A stretch of 63,783 bases of DNA, the filler included, from Reticulomyxa filosa (Eukaryota > Protista > Foraminifera): assembly GCA_000512085.1 (NCBI GenBank). It is 17 parts of 17 records of this genome, joined end to end, with 100 filler letters (N's around TTAATTAATTAA, not from the genome) between each part and the next. Parts side by side here need not be neighbours in the genome. Positions count along the whole stretch, not along the records: positions 50,118 to 56,691 come from ASPP01003402.1; positions 56,792 to 59,073 come from ASPP01004395.1; positions 59,174 to 62,050 come from ASPP01027753.1; positions 62,151 to 63,783 come from ASPP01012976.1; 13 more parts are not named here. The stretch is one strand, 5' to 3'. The notes under the pieces are model-generated. The model saw only the letters and a list, made by a program, of their open reading frames with translations. It had not been told where the DNA came from and did no database searches. A program made the position numbers and the translations under genes. This document shows, one piece after another, positions 54,229 to 63,783 of this stretch; within the stretch, counting starts at the first letter, position 1, and every line of letters begins with the position of its first letter.

Positions 54229-56638
54229 ATGAGTGTAAAAAGCGGTGCAAGCAAAGGACTAAGCAACACCACAAAAAACGTAAAGTCCTCAAATCTAACT
54301 GCAATGCAAACCAAGAAGGATCAAAAGAGTGAGTCCAAAAACAATTCCAATTCGCGTTCTTCGACTATATTATCAAATCGTGCTCCTAGTACTAAAGTGT
54401 TATCCCAACCTCCGGCAAATGGAATTAAGAAAGCCCCGATTGGTCACAAACAATCTACTCCACAGGAAGAGCAAGCCAAAATAGTTCCATTTGTGGGCGA
54501 CAAAGTTAACAAACAGCAAATGAAGAAAAAGAAGAGAGACAAACCAACTTCTATTACTTAAAATAGGTCCGATTGAAGAATAAAACAGAAGGTAAAATCA
54601 CCCATATCGGACCAAAACAAAAATGTGACGGCGTATGGGTGCGATTAGAAGTAATTTCCAACATAGCCACCAAAACAGCGTTATCAAAAGACAACGCAGT
54701 ATGGATATCAGCAGCGTCTATTGAAAAAGTGATTCAACGTATGTCATGTTTGTTTCATCACTTGTCAGTTGCAATCTTTACACACGCCCAAGTAGTCGTC
54801 CATTCAAAAAAGAAAACAATTCCAAAAGGGGAATGAATGAACACAAATAACAATAAAGTATACGTTTGCATTTGTATTTGTGTGGTGCTGTGTTGCATGT
54901 AAATGGGGGGGGGGACAGCTGTTGGAAAATACAAATGTACAGTAGGAGATAGGGCTTGGGTCTCAAAAAAAAAGAATTTGTGTGGGACTATTCGATATTT
55001 CGGACCCGTTCACTTTGATACAGTTGCGTGTTGTTTTGTGATGGACAATGTTTGATGAATGCACACACGTTTGTTTATGTCCTTTAAACATGAATCGCAA
55101 AGGGTATATGGTACGGATTAGAATTGGACAAAAAATGTGGGACGACCAATGGAACTGTTAAAAACAAATATTATTTTGAGTGTCGTCCAGATTATGGACT
55201 GTTTGTATCACCGTCCAAAACTGGTATGACAGCACAGAGCAAAAAAAAAAAATAATAATAATAATAATAAAATAAAGAGAATTGTCGTATTTGATAGAAC
55301 CCGAAAATGCAAAGAACGATATCAATGATCCAATGAAGCAAGCAAAGTCCGTAAATGTGCAGAAAAATGAAGTCAATACAATGAACAAGTCAAAAGAAGA
55401 CAAACCCATAAACCGAAATAATCCAAGTGATCTCACACAACCAAAAAGCAATGATGATGCAACTTGTACTGGAGAAGGACAAATTGAACAAAGGGTCAAC
55501 ACTACCATTAACGTCGGTGTCGAAAAGCAAGAAGAGTCAGAGGAAGCAGGATTGGTGGTGGCCGTTGCAACCAATGGCAATGACACGACGAACGAAAAGA
55601 AGGAAGAGACAAATGGACATTGCGAGACCGTAGTGTCGACACAAGGAATGAAAGAATCGAAAAGTCAAGATGGAGCTGGAGTTGAAACATTGAATGGCAC
55701 AAATGTCCTTCCCAATTCAAATGGAAATGTGCACTTGACAGATAACGATACTTGTTCTTTGATTACTCCAAACACAAATGACAAATTCACAATTGAGGAG
55801 TTTGAGGCATTACTGCGAATGGATATCATTCCAAAGCCATTGTCATCGAAACATGAAAACAGTGATCCGCATGGCGTAGGAGAGGAAACGGATAACACAG
55901 CAGGAGAGACGCCTTTTGGACCGTCCAATTCTAATGAAATTGGCAGTAGTCACAATGTAGCAAAGGAGTACATGCCATTGGCCAAATGCATAACACTGTG
56001 CGATGATAACGACGGTCGAACCGAAGCTTTGCGAAATGAAGTCATGACAACAAAGACAAAAAACGAAACATTACATTAAAAGGGCTGCTCAAAGAATTGT
56101 ATGAAGCAAATCCACCGTTACTTGCTGATACGCAACGTCCTGAAAAAGAGAACGTGTTTCGAGAGAAATTGAGACTATGTAGGGCCATTTGTGATTTCAA
56201 TGATTTGGTATTGTTGACATTGTTATTTTGTGTTGCTTTGTCTTGTGTGTGTCCATTTTTTGAGTTGTCGATTAATAAACTTACTTCAAATTATACAAAG
56301 GGGGGAGGGACTTTTTTTCCTTTTTGTTATCAAAGACGCGCGTCAAATTACAAATGATCAAAAAAAAAGAAGAAATGTTAGAAGAATTGGTGGATTTCAT
56401 CTCAAGACAAAATTGGTTTAAAGAAGATTTGTTTGAAGAATGTCTCAAAACCATTAGTATTAATTTGTTTCGATGTTTGCCGTATCAATTTCGTCCTCCT
56501 TCACTCATGTTTTTTCACGATGAGGTGTTTGAAAAAGATACCGCATACGAAGATCCATCATGGAGACACTTGAAATTAGTCTACGATTTGACTTGGCGGG
56601 TGATTAATACACAACATGTTACCCCACAAATCATGGAG
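54229..56638 (+). CDS. PP2A regulatory subunit B' (B56) family protein with a long N-terminal extension; frame break at ~56040-56065
   Basis: PPLLADTQRPEKENVFREKLRLCRAICDFND...KKKEEMLEELVDFI...ISINLFRCLP...EDPSWRHLKLVYD are B56 N-terminal motifs. Linkage of the upstream exons (54229-54830, 55290-56060) is inferred. Confidence 0.75.
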
Positions 56639-58176
56639 GTAAATAAACGATTGTTCATTTACAAATATATACATATAAATATATATATATANNNNNNNNN
56701 NNNNNNNNNNNNNNNNNNNNNNNNNNNNNNNNNNNTTAATTAATTAANNNNNNNNNNNNNNNNNNNNNNNNNNNNNNNNNNNNNNNNNNNNAAAAAAAAA
56801 AACAGAGTGAGCTTTTTAAAAATGTTTTTTTTTAAAAAGAGTTTACATAAAATAAAATTGAAACTTTTGAGAGTGGGGGTCTGAAGAGATTATCTTTGGG
56901 GTTTTGCAATGGATACATTTCAAAAAATCTTTCTTGTTTCCCCTCTGGCAGTTTGTGCATTTCCACTCGTCTTGTGTCAGTTTTTTTTATTAGTGTTGTC
57001 GATTTTATTTATGTCTGCCTTTTTTCAACAAAACCTCATGCATTTTTTTTTGCCTGTTTCAAATGTTTTTTCGTCAATATCTTCGAAAAATAGCATTTTT
57101 TTAGTTAATAATCATTTCTAAAATCGGGACCCCTCCCTTTATTTAAAAAATGTAGTTTACGAACAAGTGTATCTAATTTTTGGTAAATTAATTTTCACGA
57201 AAAAGGTATTCTAAGTATATTTTTAAAAAAGAAATTTATATTATTAGAGATCACCTTCCCCAGAAAGTTCAAGTGTCTGTCGGTGAACATCTCTGATGAA
57301 TGTGAAAAAAAAAAAAAGGTTTGACAGATTTTGAGCATTGGATAGACAGAGAAGTCCCTTACATTGTCGGAACCTTATGTCATTGTCAAAAGAAAAAATC
57401 TTCATTTGTTACGCTTTTTTTAATCTTTTGGTTGTTTTTTTGTACATCTTCGCTAAACAAATATGATCCCAGATTTCGAGGTTTGTGATTCATTTTAATT
57501 TTTTATGCGCCGAGTAAAGCATGGCTACAAAATTCTAGTTTTATATAAATGTAGTTTTTAAGTATAACAGCACGCCACTCGATTATTGACAAAAAGATAT
57601 GTTGTTTGTAGTTTATTATTTTCACTTAGTATTCTTATTAAACAAATACCTTGAATTTAGCGATTGTATTAAAGTTTCAAAGAAACTATTGATTTTATGA
57701 TATTAACATAAATTTTCTTTAAAACTTTGATTATAACACTCAACATTTTTTAACATTTATGAAAACGTGGCTTGTAGTCTGTAATTTAGTCAGTATAAGC
57801 TAATATCTTTCAGTCATTTTAGTATAATGATCAACGTTGGTTGTTGTGTCGTATGCTAATGAAATGTTTGTCTAGTTTTTTTAAAAGAAACTAATGGAAA
57901 TGAAAGTTGAATGGTTATGTCTATTATATCAAGTTTGTTCATTGCATATTGATGCATACAAATGTAAATTAAAAAATATTAAATTAAAATAATTAATTGT
58001 TCATCCACAAATTTTTTTACACAAGCATATTCCGTCTACAATTTGTCGTCACATTTGGCACATGATCCTTTACAGAGCAATAACTGAAAAAGTTATAAGC
58101 TAGACGAGTTTTTTGAAGGCAAAAGGAGTAATTTTGATAAGTAATAATTGCTCAAAGGAGCTTTTTAAAGTAGAGA

Positions 58177-59036
58177 ATGGACGAACTCAAGATAAATAAT
58201 CTTAATTGTCCAGCTTGTCATGCTTCTCTTAGTGCCCTTGACTTCATTCCGCCATTGAACCAGTCTGGTATGTTGCCTTTTTTTAAAAAAAGAGAGACCT
58301 TAGCTAGCGTTTTGTATGACAATTACAATACGACAGCACCATCACTTTCCGAGTTACAAGAGAAGTTAGAACAGCTTGATCAAATTCGTCGGCAATTACA
58401 AGAAAGAATCGAATATGAAAAAAGGCAGCTTTCTCCAACAGAAAGCAGTTAAAAAAAAATGAAGCAATAGAATTTGAAAGAGCAAAGGGAGGGGGAAGGA
58501 AAAAAAAAAGGGGGTTTTTTCAATCTCCAATATTCCATATACTACCATGTTCAAAAAGTCATGAATTACAATGATTTGTGTTGCCTTTTAATAGAAGCAA
58601 ATAAGTCTATAAATCCGTCATCAAACCTGGGGGTACATGATGCGCATCGAACAAACGCCCACAGTCAAGAATATTCAATTTCAAAATTGGACGAATCTGC
58701 GCAGCGAGCTCTACAGTTGTTGACAACACACGACACAATAACCTTTCGAATCACAGGATTTTGTATAATGGCACCACAAGAAGCGACCAATTCCGAAGTA
58801 ATCAATGACAAAATGAAGCAATTCGCCAAGTATTTATCCGGCCAAGAGTACATGGTTGGGATACAAAGTTCGAAGCGCCTATTCACTGTGCGTTCTAAAA
58901 CCAACAACTCTTCGAGTAAAGACAAGGACGCCACGAGTAAGCAATATCGACAAACGCGTTCCTTTCAGTCACTAGGAGGTGCCCAATTCGAATCGGCCAA
59001 AGAAAACATGCTTCGAGTGTGGTTTTCCAATACCAG
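58177..59036 (+). CDS. Hypothetical protein, 5' part (CxxC, coiled coil)
   Basis: ORFs 58177-58452 (CPAC, coiled coil) and 58474-59040, with intron-like A/G-run gaps. Confidence 0.45.
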
Positions 59037-60601
59037 GTAAAAAAAAAAGGGGGTAAATAAGATAGAAACAATGNNNNNNNNNNNNNNNNNNNNNNNNNNN
59101 NNNNNNNNNNNNNNNNNTTAATTAATTAANNNNNNNNNNNNNNNNNNNNNNNNNNNNNNNNNNNNNNNNNNNNTGCTTCTGGCAATATTGTCTGTTGTAT
59201 ATATATATTTTTTTATGTGTGTGGAATTAAAAACACATTATTGTTGTCAAGTTTTTTCCAATATATCTGCATCTATTTTTAAAATTTTTAGTTGAAAGAC
59301 ATAACGAAATTGACAAATACCTTCATTTTTTTTTTTTTGCACAAAGTTGGAGGGCAGATTTGCTTGATGTTATGTGAGCGATATCTATGCTCATTATATC
59401 TTTTTCTTGATGATTTTCCAATACTGATATGTTGTCCACTGTTCTTTGCAAATTCTCTCTGCATTTGTCCAATTTGTCACTTGTCCGTTTTTGTAAATAA
59501 ACTCCAGTATGCCAGTACTGGACACACTTCACTTTTTTTTGGGACTCTTGCAGCTCTTGTAAAATAGAAAACCTTGGGTTATCTTCAAGGCCGTGAAGAT
59601 TTGAATTTTTCATGTTGTGATTTCAGTTGGAATACAATGAGCTGCACAATTGAACTTTGTAATGTTGGTCAGGATGATACCACTTTTTAAAAGGTACGAT
59701 TATATACATTTGCATGTGTGAGTTATGTATGTGTTTGTTTTGTCTCAAATTAGAGTTTACTGGTGCTTAATCCACTCAATAATTTGTGACAGATAACAAA
59801 AAAATATATTTTCATTATCGAATCTGTTCTAAAAACAAGAAACTAATCTTTATGTTCCTTTGTGCTATTGTTTTCACAATTTACTTGCCTGTTTGTATAA
59901 GTAAATATGTAAGTTAGTTGTTTAAGTGTCACAAACTTAAACACCAATTAATACTTGTGCAAAGCAAAATGCAGATAATAATAATAATAATGTGTATTCA
60001 AAAAATATTTTCTTTTTTTGTATAATTCTTGAGTATTTGTGATTATGATTTATATTTGAGTGGAAATAAGCATCAGCAAGCTCCATATAAAAAAATATTT
60101 ATCAGAGTATCAAATATATTATTCGGACTATCAAGTAATTCTGTATGTTTGATGACTCTTGGGAACGTAAAGAGTCACCATGTTGTAAAAAGAAATAAGA
60201 ATAGGATTAAAAAAATTTGCAAAAAATTAATATTCAAGACCTATTTCATGATTCAATCTATCGATTAAAGTGCACACTGCTTTTCAGATATTAAAAGTGA
60301 TATGTGGGTTTATAGATTGTTTTTTTTCATGACAAAATTTAATACATTGGACAACATTTTGTAAATGAAAAAATACCAAAGTAAGAATACATAAGGAAAA
60401 ATATTGAATTGAGCACAACATTTAAAAATGGCCAACAGTATTGAATTGATCTTTATTTTAAAAAAATTATAACACCTCCAAATGCTAAGCAAATTTTTAA
60501 AAATACTAATTATATGCAGAATTAAGGCCACACGCATTGACATAATCAGAAAAAAATGATTTGAATGTGGTAATACCACTTAAATAGCTTACAATACTTT
60601 G

Positions 60602-61990
60602 TCAAATATATTTACTACGATACAAACATGTACGCTTTTTTGGGATAAAATGTTCTGATAACATATTTTCGTATTCTACTTCAGTTCGAATAATTGCATA
60701 TGGATCAGTCCAATTGTAATCTTGTTTTGCTTGATTATAATCATTTGGTAGAGGTACATCAAAATATAAATATTTGGCTTTATAACTTAATTCTTTTAAC
60801 ACAAATTTTAAATCTTTATCATTTAAGTATAAAGCCAGATCATAACAAATTGCCAGATCAAAAGTGATATTTTTCACGTTTTGATTAACACATAATTCGC
60901 ATTGTTCATTGTTTTGAATTTTTGTATTGGTAGCACTAGCTAGTATTGATGATATATTATCAGTCGCAAAAGGAGATTTTGGAAAAGAAAAACAATATGA
61001 ACATATTTCAAATTTGGAAACAATATTATTATTATTTCTCCATATTTCGGTATCAGCTTGACAATATAAACGTAAATTATCCTTCAAATTGTGTGTTCCA
61101 AATTTTCCATTTTTCAATTCATCTAATTTTTTAATTCGCTTTTGACATAATTTACATTGAATTTGGTTTCGATTTTCTATTTGTGATATATCATATCGTT
61201 TCTCAGTTGATCCAAAACGATAAGTTTTTAGCCATTGTATAATATCCATATTTTGCATAATCAAGTGAAAAGGTCTCTTATTTTTTGAACCATTTTGCTT
61301 ATTCCAATGTAAAATATCAGGCCAATTCGGTCCATTTTTTGATCGTTTTCCTTCCATTTCTCTTATTAGATCTCCAATCAAAGTTTTATGTACACACTCA
61401 TGAAAAATATCAGTACTGGCATCAATAGCAAATACATAACAAGGTTGTAAATGTCTCACAAATGATTTCAGTAAGCTACCTTTACCAAAGCCAATATCCA
61501 AAATATACTCAATTTGGAAATCGGCATCAATCCACTCTAAATCTGCACATGCTTTTTTTGCCTTTGTCTATGTCATTTTGTTTGTTTGTTTGTACTATAA
61601 TATAATTATTATTATTTTTTTTTTTATGTTGTGCAAAAAAAAAAAAATAATAATAATCAAGTATTAACAGCGCTGTCTTCGGAATGAACATTTTGCATAA
61701 TCTCCAAATCCTTATACAAACGATTCCAATAATTTCGATGACTCAATGGTGCAAACGACGAAATACAAACCCGGCGCGGCAACAATAAGTTCCAATGATC
61801 GTTATTTCGGCGATATTGATTGATCAAATCCCTGTACATCTCCATAAACTCAGATATATGCTCTTGTGGAATTTCAACATAATATTTGGATTGACTTGGG
61901 AAATTCTCCAGCGACACAGTAAAAGTGGATTCATTCAGAATGCCTCTTTCTTCTAATATAATTTGCGAAGGTTTGAATTCAAACGCATTG
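60602..61990 (-). CDS. Class I SAM-dependent methyltransferase with a Cys-rich insertion
   Basis: YWNRLYKD...|AKKACADLEW...ILDIGFGKGSLL (motif I), VFAIDAS (motif II), FDLAICYD...LKELSYKAKYLYFD. Intron ~61562-61668. Confidence 0.75.
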
Positions 61991-62204
61991 TGCTTGAATC
62001 ACAAATATACACAAAAGACAAACTCATTCAATATTTTTTATTTGAAAAAANNNNNNNNNNNNNNNNNNNNNNNNNNNNNNNNNNNNNNNNNNNNTTAATT
62101 AATTAANNNNNNNNNNNNNNNNNNNNNNNNNNNNNNNNNNNNNNNNNNNNCAATCAAAAAAAAAAAAAAAAAATGAATAGAAAAATTAAGTTTCATGTTT
62201 TACA

Positions 62205-63233
62205 TGGTAAAACCGCAAGAAATGGAGAGTGGGATAAGCGCAAAGTACGAGCTGCGAACGGCACTAGGGACAGGTTCATTTGCGGTGGTAAGGTTGGGGA
62301 TCAATCGGACGACTGGCGAGCAAGTGGCAGTGAAGCAAATCGACAAAAAGAAATACGAGCTCAAGTCGAAGCACAGGAATCCGGACAGCATTAAAAACGA
62401 ATGGCAAATACTGCGCGAAATCAATCACAAGAACATTATCAAAATATATGACGTGTTTGAGACGGAAGACATGTTATATTTAGTGTTGGAAATGGCAAAT
62501 GGTGGCGATTTGTTTCAAAGGATTGTGGATCAGCGAAGACTGCCAGGTGTGTAAACAAATGTATATATACACATATATATATGTATATATGTATATATGT
62601 ATATATGTATATATGTATATATGCATATATGTATGTATATATGTATTTATATATGTATATAGAAACAATAGTCCGAAAAGTAATGTGGCAATTGCTCTCT
62701 GCAATAAAATATTTGCACGATCACAAAATTGCGCATCGCGATTTGAAACCTGAAAATGTACTGCTGAAAGAAAAAAAGTCGTGGGATATCAAAATCACCG
62801 ACTTTGGCTTGTCTCGCTGCCTGAAGTTGGAGCAAGAGGTGCTGACGACCATGTGCGGGACTCCGATGTTTTTAGCTCCGGAAATTTTGCTAACGAAAAG
62901 ATGGAGGGACTTGGCTACGGGTTTGAAGTGGACTATTGGAGCATGGGGGTGATCATGTACTGCATGTTGGTTGGACATCCCCCGTACAATGAGCGCGAGG
63001 GGCGTTTGCTCGACTTGGTCAAATCCGGCAAGTTTGCCTTCCCTTTCCAAACCTGGAAATCCGTCAGCTCTTCTGCCAAAGATCTGGTGATCAATCTCAT
63101 GGAAGTCAATCCTAAAAAGCGCTTCGGCTGGAAGCAAGTTTACTACCATCCGTGGATGAACGAAGATCCGTCTGCCGTCCCTCCGCGGAACGAGTTTGGC
63201 ATTTTTGACACCGACACTATCAATTGCATTGAC

Positions 63234-63271
<38 letters not shown>

Positions 63272-63760
63272 GGAATCGACTACTACTACAGCTGCACAAA
63301 TAATACAGGTGGGACACTTAGTCTGCACTCCGACCTTGCATATTCAAACTACACAAGGCTCGTTCACAGCCACATCCAATGACGACGCCAAACGTGAAGT
63401 GGCTGCACCATTGCAGCCACTATCGTCCTCATTGTCATTATCATTGTTGCCATTACCATCATTGCCATTGCCATTGCCACATTCACATTCACATTCACGA
63501 CTGCAATCACAACCACTCCCATCCAATCGTCCTGGTATCGCTGACGCACGGGACTGTAATCACAGTGTGCCGCTCCTCCTTCCTACTCGCACAAGCAGCA
63601 GTGATGGGTCAAAGGACAATCTGCGATGTCCTCGAAAGCGAGTGTGCAAGGAAATGAGGGACATGGACTCCATTCACAATAACAATGTCGATGCTGACAT
63701 TGGACTTCCCATTTCCAAAAAACCAAAATTAATTACTGACGATAATGCCATTGCTGAAGA
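62205..63760 (+). CDS. CAMK-group (Chk2-like) Ser/Thr kinase; frame break at ~62896-62910
   Basis: LGTGSFAVV...VAVK...GGDLF, intron ~62547-62662, then HRDLKPEN...DFGLS...TMCGTPMFLAPE. The -1 frame continues GYGFEVDYWSMGVIMYCMLVGHPPY...SAKDLVINLMEVNPKKR...HPW, then a poly-Asn tail. Confidence 0.92.
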
Positions 63761-63783
63761 AGTTTTTTTTTTTTTTTTTTTTT

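Noticed and set aside
62880-62925. Tiny introns (nucleomorph-like, 3n+2 nt) as the cause of the frame breaks
   Set aside because: No GT...AG pair in the constrained kinase window. The possible GC-AG spans are 12 or 18 nt and would not change frame.
62900-62952. Stop-codon (TGA)-triggered frameshifting, since most broken ORFs end in TGA
   Set aside because: In the kinase and TPR genes homology places the shift well upstream of the stop, and the B56 case ends in TAA. TGA excess is expected from frequent TTG/GTG/ATG codons.

Overview
AT-rich, intron-containing eukaryotic DNA. The window is not one locus: it is 17 short contigs joined by artificial 100-nt spacers (N44-TTAATTAATTAA-N44). The gene families (expanded WD40 and TPR families, decayed PPR genes) and the poly-A/T and (TA)n-rich introns resemble a foraminiferan such as Reticulomyxa filosa; this is inference only. 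Recognisable genes: monodehydroascorbate reductase, a ~12-kb single-exon stretch of a giant HECT E3 ligase (LamG, CUB-like, PA-like, UBA-like, SPRY, HECT), a PQ-loop transporter, an RBR E3 ligase, WD40, SNF1/AMPK kinase, an FHA protein, arylsulfatase, TPR, VPS13-like, SH3-TM, SINA-type RING, PP2A B56 subunit, a SAM methyltransferase, a CAMK/Chk2-like kinase, and a non-LTR reverse-transcriptase relic. The main cross-cutting signal is at least 8 frame breaks in 5 unrelated, otherwise intact genes. All need a net -1 shift (one missing base), mostly at short A/T/G runs. Homopolymer undercalling is the most likely cause, but -1 recoding or insertional editing cannot be excluded from the sequence. 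A second signal is a chimeric copy of the HECT gene: a diverged, synonymous-biased 5' part fused by 8-bp microhomology to an apparently identical 522-bp internal piece.
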